Positions 41,913-51,834 of a stretch of DNA of 61,706 nucleotides are shown here, piece after piece. Made by a program: the position numbers and the translations under genes. The notes beneath the pieces are model-generated. The model worked only from the letters and a program-made list of their open reading frames with translations. It had not been told where the DNA came from and did no database searches. This DNA comes from an uncultured Bacilli bacterium (GTDB lineage Bacteria > Bacillota_I > Bacilli_A > RF39 > UBA660), in NCBI GenBank assembly GCA_947626035.1, contig CANQQR010000004.1, forward strand, positions 1 through 61,706. The letters are read 5' to 3'. Numbering within the stretch: the stretch's first letter is position 1; the number at the start of each line of letters is the position of its first letter.

Positions 41913-43448
41913 TTACAAATTAATCTTCTTTAACATCTCTTCTTTATCAATTCTTAAAAATATAGGACTAGCATTCATACCAGAATATTCATGACTTCCA
42001 AACTTCAAAGATTTATCTTTACTATTAATTTCTTCCAAAATCTTATCACTTGTACTAGGTAAAAATGGATTTAAAACCAAAGCACCAACACGAATAGACT
42101 CAAGTAAATTATAAATAACAGTCTCTAACCTATCTCTATTTTCTATATCTTTAGCTAAAACCCAAGGTGTAGTCTCATCAATATACTTATTACACCTCTT
42201 AAACACATCAAATATCTTACTAATAGCCCCACTAATATTAAGTGAATCAACTAAACCAGTAACCTCACTATCTAAATCATTAACCAAACTAATTAACTCA
42301 TCATCTTCTTGTCCACTTACACCCTTATTTGTAACATTACCAACAAAATACTTATTAGCCATAGAAATAGTCCTATTAACTAAATTACCTAAAATATTAG
42401 CAAGATCAGTATTATACCTATCTATAAGTAATTCATAAGTAATATTTCCATCATTTGCAAAACTAACCTCATGTAAACAATAATACCTTACCCCATCTAC
42501 ACCAAACAATTCTACAAGTTCATCTGGGTACATTATATTACCCTTAGACTTACTCATTTTATCATTTTGAAACAAAAGCCAAGGATGTCCATAAACTTTC
42601 TTAGGTAAAGAAACCCCAAGAGCCATAAGCATAATAGGCCAATAAATAGTATGAAACCTTATAATGTCTTTACCAACAACATGCAAATCAGCAGGCCAAT
42701 ATTTCTTAAACTCATCACTACAAGAGTCAGTATCATACCCTATATTTGTAATATAATTAGCAAGTGCATCAATCCAAACATAAATAACATGACTTGGATT
42801 AAAATCTACTGGTATACCCCACTTAAATGAAGTACGAGACACACACAAATCCTGTAAACCTGGTTTAATAAAATTATTAATCATCTCATTCTTTCTAGAA
42901 ACAGGAACAATAAAAGAAGGATTATCTTCAATATACTTAAGTAACTTATCACTATACTTTTTCATCTTAAAAAAATATGCTTCTTCACTAGTCTCCTTAA
43001 CTTCCCTACCACAATCAGGACACTTTCCATCCACTAACTGTGACTCAGTAAAAAACGATTCACAAGGAACACAATAAAGACCCTTATATTCCCCTAAATA
43101 AATATCGCCTTGTTGATACAACTTATTAAAAATATGCCTAACAACCTCCTCATGATGCTTATCAGTAGTCCTAACAAACTTATCATAAGAAATATCTAAC
43201 AAATCCCAAAGTCTCCTAATCTCCTTAGAAACTTGATCTACATACTCTTTAGGTGTAACACCTGCTTCTAAAGCCTTTAACTCAATTTTCTCCCCGTGCT
43301 CATCAGTACCAGTTTGAAACAAAACATCAAACCCATGATTTCTCTTAAATCTAGCAATAGCATCAGCTAAAATAATTTCATACATATTACCAATATGAGG
43401 TTTCCCACTAGTATAAGTAATAGCTGTAGTAATATAAAATTTCTCCAT
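41913..43448 (-). CDS. metG: methionine--tRNA ligase (short form)
   Basis: PHIGNMY (HIGH), KMSKSKGN, Zn knuckle CVPC..CPDCG. Confidence 0.96.
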   Translation of the reverse strand: MEKFYITTAITYTSGKPHIGNMYEIILADAIARFKRNHGFDVLFQTGTDEHGEKIELKALEAGVTPKEYVDQVSKEIRRLWDLLDISYDKFVRTTDKHHEEVVRHIFNKLYQQGDIYLGEYKGLYCVPCESFFTESQLVDGKCPDCGREVKETSEEAYFFKMKKYSDKLLKYIEDNPSFIVPVSRKNEMINNFIKPGLQDLCVSRTSFKWGIPVDFNPSHVIYVWIDALANYITNIGYDTDSCSDEFKKYWPADLHVVGKDIIRFHTIYWPIMLMALGVSLPKKVYGHPWLLFQNDKMSKSKGNIMYPDELVELFGVDGVRYYCLHEVSFANDGNITYELLIDRYNTDLANILGNLVNRTISMANKYFVGNVTNKGVSGQEDDELISLVNDLDSEVTGLVDSLNISGAISKIFDVFKRCNKYIDETTPWVLAKDIENRDRLETVIYNLLESIRVGALVLNPFLPSTSDKILEEINSKDKSLKFGSHEYSGMNASPIFLRIDKEEMLKKINL

Positions 43449-43454
43449 AAAAAC

Positions 43455-43672
43455 TCTCCTTTCAAAACAAAAACACGAACTAAAGGACTCCCATAAGGAG
43501 CGGTACCACCTTAATTCGTGTAAAAACCACGCTAACTTTCTTGTTTATCGCACAACACACGTATACTCTGCTCACTAAGCCATATTCAAATACTCAAATT
43601 ATTCCATTTCCACCAACAAGAACTCTCTATAAATTATATTATATTCTACTCGCAAATTTCATCGCATTTCTA
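43455..43672 (-). promoter_or_regulatory. T-box riboswitch leader (Met specifier) of metG
   Basis: Coding strand: GCGATGA..GAGTAGA K-turn/stem I, AGAGAGT box, specifier loop GGAA-AUG-G (AUG at 43605-43607), T-box AATTAAGGTGGTACCGCTCC (43493-43512). Terminator ACACGAATTAAGG../..CCTTTAGTTCGTGT plus a T-run. Confidence 0.85.
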
Positions 43673-43732
43673 AATTAAAAGTATTATAACACACTATCAT
43701 CATAAAAGAAAGAACTTTTAATATACTTTAAT

Positions 43733-44926
43733 ATGCTAAATATAATATGGACTATACTTTTAATCTATCTTTGCTTTCTAGGAATTAACATAAGTAAAAA
43801 AATAAACTATGATAATTACAAAATAACAAAAATGATAAAAAACATAAACTATGAAAGCTTATACCTAGCACTAGGAACAAAAATGGGGGTAGGCACTATT
43901 ATAGGAACAACCATAGCTATAACTATAGGCGGTAAAGGCTCAATTTTCTGGATTTTCATATTCACAATCCTAACCTCATCAATAATATACTTAGAAAGTT
44001 ACCTAGGAAGCAAATACAAACAAAAAATAAAAAACACATACATTGGAGGAATTTACTACTACACCAAATTTGGACTAAAAAATAACTTTCTAAGCATAAT
44101 AATACTAATACTATTCATACTAACATACTCATGTTTCTTCCTAATGATACAAGCAAACACACTAAGTAAAATACTAAACATAAACAAAATACCTCTAGCT
44201 ATAATTATATTTATACTACTAACACTTCTAATCACAAACAAAACAAAAGAAATAACAAAAATACTAAACAAAATAGTACCAATAATGTGCTTATTCTTTA
44301 TAATAATATCAATATACACAATAACTAAAAACATGAAACTACTACCAGCCCTAATAAAAAGCATAATAAAAGAAGCATTTAACAAAAAAACATTTTTAAC
44401 CGGTGCATTAATAGGCATAAAAAGAAGCATATTCCTAAACGAACTATTAATAGGCACCACATCAATGAGTAGTGGAATAAACAACAAAGAAAGTAAACTA
44501 ACCGCTCAAACACTAACAATAGGAACATACTTTATAACATTTATAATATCATTTTTTATTTCCTTACTAGTGTTAATATACCTAAAAGAACATAACACAA
44601 CCACTCTAAACTATAACATCTTACTAATAAACGTATTTACATACCACTACAAAACCCTAGGCCTATACTTTCTAAATCTTCTAATCTGTTTATTAGTAAC
44701 CACCACCATAATATCAGGCATTTACATAGGAATAAGTAACATTTCATACTTTACAAACAACAAAAAAATAATAAACACAGCAAAAATAATACTAATACTC
44801 ATAATAATAAGTGGCATATTCATAAACACAAACAAACTCTGGGTAATAGTAGATAATTTAATGCTCTTACTAATCATTCTAAACACATATGTCGTAACAA
44901 AGCTAAAAAATGAAATAGATAATTAA
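43733..44926 (+). CDS. alanine/glycine:cation symporter (AGCS) family-like transporter
   Basis: ALGTKMGVGTIIGTTIAITIGGKGSIFWIFIFT resembles the AGCS signature. Polytopic. The sequence is strongly shaped by its G-poor coding strand. Confidence 0.55.
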   Translation: MLNIIWTILLIYLCFLGINISKKINYDNYKITKMIKNINYESLYLALGTKMGVGTIIGTTIAITIGGKGSIFWIFIFTILTSSIIYLESYLGSKYKQKIKNTYIGGIYYYTKFGLKNNFLSIIILILFILTYSCFFLMIQANTLSKILNINKIPLAIIIFILLTLLITNKTKEITKILNKIVPIMCLFFIIISIYTITKNMKLLPALIKSIIKEAFNKKTFLTGALIGIKRSIFLNELLIGTTSMSSGINNKESKLTAQTLTIGTYFITFIISFFISLLVLIYLKEHNTTTLNYNILLINVFTYHYKTLGLYFLNLLICLLVTTTIISGIYIGISNISYFTNNKKIINTAKIILILIIISGIFINTNKLWVIVDNLMLLLIILNTYVVTKLKNEIDN

Positions 44927-44962
44927 CAATACTTATGATAAAATAACTAAAGGTGGTAATAT

Positions 44963-45631
44963 ATGATAGGTAACGATTGGGATGAAAAATTAGCAAGTGT
45001 AGAATCTAGCGAAGGATTTAAAAAATTTATGAACTTAGTTAAACTAAAATACAAAGAAACAACATGCTTTCCAGAATATAACAACATATTTAACGCTTTA
45101 AAACTAACACCATACAAAAACGTAAAAGTAGTCATACTAGGACAAGACCCATATCACGGTATAGGAGAAGCTCATGGCCTATCTTTTTCAGTACAAGACG
45201 GAATAAAAAAACCTCCATCACTTAAAAACATATTTAAAGAATTATATGATGACTTAGGAATAACTGAACCAACAAGTGGAAACTTAACAAACTGGGCAAA
45301 AGAAGGTGTATTACTTTTAAACAGTGTCCTAACAGTCGAAAAAGACAAACCAGCATCACACAAGGACTTAGGCTGGAACCTACTCACAGACCACATAATA
45401 AAACTACTAAACATAAAAGAAACACCAATAGTCTTCATATTATGGGGTAACTTTGCAAGAAACAAAAAAATATACATAACAAACAAAAAACACCTAATAA
45501 TAGAAAGCACACACCCATCCCCTTTCTCAGCAAGCAGTGGCTTTTTTGGAAGTAAACCATTTTCAAAAACAAACGACTTTCTAATAAAAACAAATCAAAC
45601 ACCAATAAATTGGGACCTAAAAAAGAGTTAA
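44963..45631 (+). CDS. ung: uracil-DNA glycosylase
   Basis: VKVVILGQDPYH, LLLNSVLTV, ESTHPSPFSA. Confidence 0.93.
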   Translation: MIGNDWDEKLASVESSEGFKKFMNLVKLKYKETTCFPEYNNIFNALKLTPYKNVKVVILGQDPYHGIGEAHGLSFSVQDGIKKPPSLKNIFKELYDDLGITEPTSGNLTNWAKEGVLLLNSVLTVEKDKPASHKDLGWNLLTDHIIKLLNIKETPIVFILWGNFARNKKIYITNKKHLIIESTHPSPFSASSGFFGSKPFSKTNDFLIKTNQTPINWDLKKS

Positions 45632-46191
45632 ACAACAAAATTTAACTCTTTATCTATTTCACTTTGTATCTCTCTACCCTCATATAAACTCTTTAAACCA
45701 AACTTTCTAAACTTACAAATAATTTTATAAGGAAACTTATTATACAAATTATTAAACATAGAAGCATACTTATTATACAAAGTACGTAGTGATATAAGAT
45801 CAATCTCTAACTTTTCTATATCTTTAATAATTCCATCAAAACTCTTAACACTTTTAAGCTCAGGATTATCAACATAAATCTTTTCTATCTCTTGAAAAGC
45901 ACTAGTTAACAACTTATCTTTATCATAATTATTTAGTTTACTAACCTTAATATTCTTAACTTCATCAAAAACCTTAATCTCTAACTTAATTTGTCTATTA
46001 ATAATATTAATACACCTCAAAATTAAATCTTCTTTATTCTTTAATCTATCATCAATATCACTCTCACACATACCTGTTTTATAAACTAACATAGTAATAT
46101 TCTCATTCTTAGTCAAAATAAATATAATAACTAAACAAACAATTATAATAATAACACCTAAAACAAATAAGAACGATATCATATTATTCAC
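45628..46191 (-). CDS. LemA-family protein (diverged)
   Basis: N-terminal TM. IDDRLKNKEDLI and LYNKYASMFNNLYNKFPYKIICKFRKFGLK resemble the LemA N- and C-terminal motifs. Confidence 0.45.
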   Translation of the reverse strand: MNNMISFLFVLGVIIIIVCLVIIFILTKNENITMLVYKTGMCESDIDDRLKNKEDLILRCINIINRQIKLEIKVFDEVKNIKVSKLNNYDKDKLLTSAFQEIEKIYVDNPELKSVKSFDGIIKDIEKLEIDLISLRTLYNKYASMFNNLYNKFPYKIICKFRKFGLKSLYEGREIQSEIDKELNFVV

Positions 46192-46323
46192 ATCCTTATC
46201 TTGATTGTATCACAAAAGACCAAAACAAACAACTAATCATTTACGACACATATATAAATTTTATATAACAAAAACCAATTATAAATATACAAATATTAAA
46301 AATTGTAGATTTTTGATATTTTT

Positions 46324-46333
46324 GTGATATAAT
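46324..46333 (+). promoter_or_regulatory. extended -10 promoter element (TGATATAAT)
   Basis: TG-n-TATAAT at 46324-46333. Only a weak -35 (TTGTAG, 19-nt spacing). Confidence 0.45.
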
Positions 46334-46433
46334 CAAAATAGAAAGAATAAAAAAACAAACTGAGATTAATTAGAAGTAAGGGTTTTAATAATTAATCTTA
46401 TATACGATAGTATTACTGCATCTTTCTTTCGCT

Positions 46434-46475
46434 TTAGTAAAAATATGTCGGTTTTTAATTTTTACTAACTTTTAT
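46434..46475 (+). terminator. terminator/attenuator hairpin in the leader of the XRE gene
   Basis: TTAGTAAAAAT (46434-46444) / ATTTTTACTAA (46458-46468), an 11-bp perfect stem followed by CTTTTATGTTTG. Confidence 0.55.
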
Positions 46476-46518
46476 GTTTGTTTGTTGCAGTAGTAAATAT
46501 TTAAACTGGAGGTTTTAT

Positions 46519-46821
46519 ATGAAAAAATGTGCAAATGAGCAGGAAAGATTAAACCAAATAATAGGAAGAAACATCAAGTTTTATCGAGAGGTTTATAATC
46601 TTAAAAACACTGGAAAAGAAAAAATGACCCAAGCCCTATTAGCAAAAAAAGTAGGAGTATCAACTCCGCTAATAGGTTCACTAGAAAGTGAAAATTCCAG
46701 TCAAGGTATAAGCGTTTATAACTTATACAAAATAAGTAAGGTATTAGGTGTACCAGTAGAAAAATTTTACGAAACACCAGTAGTAGAACAAATTGGAGAA
46801 GACTTAAAAATAACTAACTAA
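46519..46821 (+). CDS. XRE-family helix-turn-helix transcriptional regulator
   Basis: TGGAGG SD 6 nt before ATG 46519. MTQALLAKKVGVSTPLIGSLE HTH. Confidence 0.75.
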   Translation: MKKCANEQERLNQIIGRNIKFYREVYNLKNTGKEKMTQALLAKKVGVSTPLIGSLESENSSQGISVYNLYKISKVLGVPVEKFYETPVVEQIGEDLKITN

Positions 46822-46864
46822 CCGAAAAATCCAAAATAAGTAGTGTGCTAAGACATACTACTTT

Positions 46865-47374
46865 TTATTTTTCCTTACTAAATATAGACAAAACTCTACC
46901 AACAAAATACGTTATATCATTAGCATTTTTAATTGCAATTTTTTTACCAATAGCCTTTCCACCAACAGTCAAACTAGATAAAATAGAAGACAAAATAACA
47001 TTCCACATAGATAAATTATTAGACAAAAACAAATTAACCACTAAAACAGTAACTAAACTACCACTAACAATTCCACACACATCTCCTACTACATCATTAC
47101 AAAAAGAAGAAACACTACTAGAATTTTTAATTAACCTAATCGCCGTCCTAGCACCTTTTATCTTTTGACTAGCTCTAGAATGAAATGCCTTAATATCACA
47201 ACTAAGAACAGCAACACCTATAACATCAAAAATAATACCTATAACAAGAATAGATAAAATACATATTACCAAAACAAAATTATTAAAATTACCTAAAAAA
47301 TTAGATATCAAACTAAAAATAATAGCAAGCACAAATGTTAAAATAAAAACTTTAATCGTCCAATTATCTTTCAT
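46865..47374 (-). CDS. polytopic membrane protein (possibly CNNM/DUF21-related)
   Basis: 169 aa, 4 TM. AFHSRASQKIKGARTAIRLIKNSSSVSSFCNDVVGDVCGIVSG recalls short CorB-annotated proteins. Assignment is uncertain. Confidence 0.4.
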   Translation of the reverse strand: MKDNWTIKVFILTFVLAIIFSLISNFLGNFNNFVLVICILSILVIGIIFDVIGVAVLSCDIKAFHSRASQKIKGARTAIRLIKNSSSVSSFCNDVVGDVCGIVSGSLVTVLVVNLFLSNNLSMWNVILSSILSSLTVGGKAIGKKIAIKNANDITYFVGRVLSIFSKEK

Positions 47375-47399
47375 AATTCTCCTTTAATAATTAAAGAAA

Positions 47400-47912
47400 C
47401 TTCCTAATTTGAAAGTTCCTTTAACTATATTCAAAAATATTTAATTTTAATGGTATATTATAAATCAATTTTATGGTTTAGGTCGAGTTGAATTTCTCCA
47501 TTTTCTACTAAAAGTTACCCGTTAGCGATTTCTCTTTAAAGAAAATGACTAATCGTTACCGAATTAATTACTCGATTGCCACTTAATCCATACTCTAATA
47601 CTTATAATATGTACACTCTAGAGATTTTCTCAAACATCAGGGATTGTCCTTATTCGCTTTTGCAATAATGATTTCAATTAATCTTAATAATCATTAACAT
47701 TCCACAATTATCACTCACGACAAGAAATATAACAAAAAAATGACTTAGTAAAAGGAATTTAATTATATGCCATTATAACGATTCCTTAAACTTAAAATTA
47801 TATACTCACCCTAACCTGGGCGGAAAAAGCAAATATACAAAGTGTCTCATTCTATTGATAGATTTTTAGCCCTACCTTCAAACAATATGATGACTAGAAT
47901 AATGCACCACGC
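47400..47912 (-). ncRNA. unassigned structured RNA or long 5' leader downstream of a consensus promoter
   Basis: No ORF of 60 aa or more on either strand. Multiple 7-bp or longer local stems. Weak hairpin plus T-run just before the SD of the 47374 gene. Confidence 0.35.
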
Positions 47913-47917
47913 TATAA

Positions 47918-47946
47918 ATTATAACAAATTTTATAAAATATGTCAA
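47918..47946 (-). promoter_or_regulatory. perfect consensus sigma-A promoter
   Basis: Coding strand TTGACA (47946-47941), a 17-nt spacer ending TGT, then TATAAT (47923-47918). Confidence 0.75.
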
Positions 47947-47981
47947 ATTTATGTAAAAAATCTCTTCTAACTATTGACTAT

Positions 47982-49098
47982 TTAAAAATGACTTAAAATA
48001 TTATCAGTAACTAAAATAACTTTCTTGCCCAAAGATTCACAAAACTTAGAATCAAGAATTCTCTTAACAATATGTTTTTCAAAAAATTGCCTAATTAAAT
48101 CAATAACAACACCTACCACAAAAATAACTAAAGTTGTAAACAAAATATGAACAAAAAATTTACTTGTATAAATATATTGATAAGTCTTAAAAAAATCTCT
48201 CCAAATATAAACTTCCAAAAGTCCATCATGAAGCAAATAAAGCCCTAAAGTTGTAGATGCCAAAGAAGTAATAATCCTACTATACTTAATTTTAAATTTC
48301 AAAAACAAAGAAAATATAGAAACACTAAGCAAAAACAATAAAACACTATTAGGATGCCAAAAATAAGCAGGTTCATAAAGTCCAATCTTTTCAAAAAAGT
48401 TACTATACTTATTAACTAACAATATAAACAAACATAAAAATACTGATAAACACAAAATACTATAAATTAATCCTTTAACATTAGAAAGAATTTTAGGTTT
48501 ATATATTCTTATATAAGAACCAACAAAATACAAAACAATAAACCACAAAAACCTAGAAAAATATAGTAAATTCTCTGAACTATTTTTAAAAATACCAAAA
48601 ATAGTAGGAAACACACACCAAATAATCAAAATTACAAATATAAACTTTCTAAATTTTTCTCTATCTAAATTATCAATTAATATATTTAAATAAGGAGAAA
48701 TTATAAATAACAAAATATAACAAGTAATAAACCAAAACCTATTAGAAATAACAGGAAAAAATAATAAATCTTCTACAAACAAATCTTTAAATGTTAGTAA
48801 CCCCCCCCGATTAATAAGGAATATAGCCGTTAACCAATAATAAAACTGTACTTCCAATATTAACAAAATTAACTTTTTAAAAGAAAACTTCTTTTTTTTT
48901 ACACATAAAATAACCACTAATTAAAACAAATAAATTAACACCTAATTCTCCGAAATAATACATAACTTTTATCACATAAGCATTAATATTAAAATTAGTA
49001 AAATCATACCCACTCTTAAAAGCATAATGAAACATTATAATTAATAAAATAGATATTATTTTTAATAAATCTAAATTAGACTCACGAACATTTTTCAT
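47982..49098 (-). pseudogene. acyltransferase family 3 (OafA/YrhL-like) gene split by a frameshift in an A9 tract
   Basis: The N-terminal ORF (48877-49098, ..ISGYFMCKKKEVFF*) and C-terminal ORF (47982-48917) overlap at T9 48892-48900. Deleting one A gives ..GYFMCKKKKFSFKKLILL... About 10 TM segments in total. Confidence 0.75.
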
Positions 49099-49196
49099 AA
49101 TTAACTTACCTCTTTAAATCATTATACTAATAAATTAACAGTTTGCAAACAAATTATTAAATATGCTAAAAAAAGAATAGCAATTCACTATTCTAA

Positions 49197-49709
49197 TTAC
49201 ATTCCATGATGGAAAGTATCTTCCTCATACTCTTCATCTCGTAAATCTGCTAAAAGCCTTTCCGCTTCTGCTCTTTTTTCAGCCATTCTAGCTTCATATT
49301 CCTCATCACGTAGTCCAGCTAACATCTTATCTTGTGCTTTTCTCTTAGCTTCTTCTCTCGCCTCATATTCTTCATCTTTTAAATCTTCTAATATTTCTTC
49401 ATTAGTTCTTGCATCTCCAAACCATTTTTTAGGCTCTTCTTGTGGCCTAATAGGAGGATACCCTGCATTTTTTCTTGCTCTTAACTTAGCCAAAGCTTCA
49501 TCAATATTAGTTGATGTAAGATTTTCATTCACAATATAATTTGTAGTTCTAACAATTGCTTCTTGATTCCATAATGACTCTACCTTAGCAAAATCAACCT
49601 TTCCCTCTACTGTAAGAGGAACTTCCTTAGGAAACCATTTTTCCCCAATCATCTCTAAAGTTACATATTCATATACTTTCTTTTTAAATTCATCAGTTAT
49701 ATCAGCCAT
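49197..49709 (-). CDS. hypothetical protein with three L(K/R)DEEYE repeats
   Basis: 170 aa, acidic C-terminal half with LKDEEYEAR / LRDEEYEAR / LRDEEYEED. Confidence 0.5.
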   Translation of the reverse strand: MADITDEFKKKVYEYVTLEMIGEKWFPKEVPLTVEGKVDFAKVESLWNQEAIVRTTNYIVNENLTSTNIDEALAKLRARKNAGYPPIRPQEEPKKWFGDARTNEEILEDLKDEEYEAREEAKRKAQDKMLAGLRDEEYEARMAEKRAEAERLLADLRDEEYEEDTFHHGM

Positions 49710-49990
49710 ATCTATCTATCACCCAAATCTATTATAACATTCTCTATTTCTTAATGCAATTAATCGAAGTAAAGTAAAAGTAAAGTACTTAAGAATTTCT
49801 TTTTCCATTTAAAAATGCAATTTCTTCTTCTATTCTTTCTTTATCATATCTTTCATATAAAGGTGTAATATTTTTACTTAAAGAAACATTAGAAATAACA
49901 CGATATTCCCAACAAATCCATTAAAAATAAGTTGAAATAAAATAAGTTTTATATTAAAATAATTAAAAAAAAAGAAAGCGAGGTTAATAA

Positions 49991-50380
49991 ATGGCAACAA
50001 TATCTACTGGAATTAATTTAGATGCTAATCTAATGAATCTTAAAGCAATTGATATAAAAGAAGTTAGACCAGAAATACACGAATTACTAATCACTAATGA
50101 AAAAATAATGTTTGCATTTCAAACTATTCGCGACCAAGTAATTTTTACAAACAATCGTATTTTTGTAGCAAATGTTAAAGGAATAAGTGGTAAAAAAATA
50201 GCGTATTTCTCTTATCCATATTCCAAAATACAATATTATGGAATAGAAACAGCAGGTCTATTTGACATTGATAGTGAACTAATCATTGCTTTTAGTAATG
50301 GAACTAATCTACAATTCGATTTTAAATCTAATGTCGATATCAAATCAATAAGTTCACTTATTTCTAGTTATATTTTATAA
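49991..50380 (+). CDS. bacterial PH-domain (bPH/YokE-like) protein
   Basis: 129 aa. ..EKIMFAFQTIRDQVIFTNNRIFVANVKGISGKKIAYFSYPYSKIQYYGIETAGLFDIDSEL.. GAGG SD. Confidence 0.6.
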   Translation: MATISTGINLDANLMNLKAIDIKEVRPEIHELLITNEKIMFAFQTIRDQVIFTNNRIFVANVKGISGKKIAYFSYPYSKIQYYGIETAGLFDIDSELIIAFSNGTNLQFDFKSNVDIKSISSLISSYIL

Positions 50381-50440
50381 AATAACAAAAATAAGAGTAA
50401 TAAAAGTGACACCATAAACAAATGTCACTTTTTCATTTTA

Positions 50441-51820
50441 TTAAATAAATCCAGGAGCAAGTTCTTCAGTTACATCTTCAAAATCTGTGCTAATCTCTTT
50501 TGATTCAAGATTAAATAAAGTTTTTTCAAAGAAAAATTTAATATCACACTTTGATTTATCAGGAGCAACACTATACAAATTTTCATTCCTCTTGTACAAA
50601 CCTTTAACATAATCAAAATCAACTAAACATTTTATTTGTTCTTTTACTTCTTTCTTATCATCTTCATTAGTAAAACCAATTACTGTATAAAAATGAACTT
50701 TAGTATCATTAAAATTTGTACACTTACAATCGTATAAAGCTTTATTCCTATAATCAATTCTTTCTGTAAGAGTTGTTATATCATACTTCTTTGGAGTCTC
50801 ATCTTCTTTATAATCCAGAAAAGCTTTAATATCTTCAAGATGTGTCATAACGCCATTATTACCAAGAATAACAGAATCATCCACTTTAATTTCAACTAAA
50901 TAAATATCACTTACATTAAATATTTTTTCCTTCGTCATTTTATATTTATAAAATATGCAATCAATTCTTCCAGTTTTATAATCTTTCTCGTTTTTCTTAC
51001 CTATTATTGGATTTTTATTTATAATTCCATATTCTTGTTCAAAATGTACTACAACCTCATCATCTTCACGCGGAAATAAAGCTTTGCTTTCATTAGCTTT
51101 TAACATGAAATAATGTTGGTACTTCTTTTCTAATTTATCAGAAGATTTATAATTTGATATACCCATTTTAATATGTGAAATAAAATCAGAAAATTTAATA
51201 CCTTTATCAAAATCAATACTAATATCAAATTTATCATCTTTAGTTATAGTATCAAATCTACTTTTATATTTAAATAATTCTATATACTTACACTGTATTG
51301 TAACAATATCTCGAGGTTCACTAATAGGTTGATCAAACTTAATTATATACTTTGTTTCTTTATTTTCTTTAATCGAAAAACTACATCCTATATTATATCT
51401 TTCTTTAACAAATAATTCAAAATCATTTCTTACCTTTTCATATTTATCTTTATTAGTTGAATTTTCATTTAAACAATAAGAAATTCCATTAAATGAAAAA
51501 CTAGTAAATTCTAACAATCCATCCATTAAACTTATCTTACTTTCTTTATATTCTTCTAATTCTTCATTTTCTTTTTTCCTTACATCAGTTGTATTACATT
51601 TATAAACATTGACAGGAAACTCCAACTTAGCCTTTCCTCCATCATTTACTACATCAAATGCTTTAATCCCATTATAATAAGCAATATTGGATGCTTTATC
51701 TTCGTCCGTATCATTTTTATCTTTATCATTATTAGCTCTAACTCTTAAAATAAAACCATCTAACTCTTTATTATTATAAAAATTTTTTATAAATTCATCA
51801 AAATCAAAATTTGTTTTCAT
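50441..51820 (-). CDS. hypothetical protein with C-terminal PD-(D/E)xK nuclease-like motif
   Basis: 459 aa. ..HFEQEYG..GRIDCIFYKY..(20 aa)..IYLVEIKVDD (D287, E310, K312 in ORF numbering). AAGGAG SD. Separated by 14 nt from the upstream MBL gene. Confidence 0.6.
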   Translation of the reverse strand: MKTNFDFDEFIKNFYNNKELDGFILRVRANNDKDKNDTDEDKASNIAYYNGIKAFDVVNDGGKAKLEFPVNVYKCNTTDVRKKENEELEEYKESKISLMDGLLEFTSFSFNGISYCLNENSTNKDKYEKVRNDFELFVKERYNIGCSFSIKENKETKYIIKFDQPISEPRDIVTIQCKYIELFKYKSRFDTITKDDKFDISIDFDKGIKFSDFISHIKMGISNYKSSDKLEKKYQHYFMLKANESKALFPREDDEVVVHFEQEYGIINKNPIIGKKNEKDYKTGRIDCIFYKYKMTKEKIFNVSDIYLVEIKVDDSVILGNNGVMTHLEDIKAFLDYKEDETPKKYDITTLTERIDYRNKALYDCKCTNFNDTKVHFYTVIGFTNEDDKKEVKEQIKCLVDFDYVKGLYKRNENLYSVAPDKSKCDIKFFFEKTLFNLESKEISTDFEDVTEELAPGFI

Positions 51821-51834
51821 ATCTAAATTCTCCT

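Noticed and set aside
47400-47912. Assignment of the ORF-free region to a known RNA family: M-box because of GGTTAGGGTGAG, CTAACGGG and ATAAGG, or RNase P, tmRNA, SRP, or group II intron.
   Set aside because: The M-box-like words occur in the wrong order and are spread over about 300 nt. The diagnostic strings GAGGAAAGTCC (RNase P), the tRNA-like CCA end and tag ORF (tmRNA), and a domain-V-like hairpin were not found.
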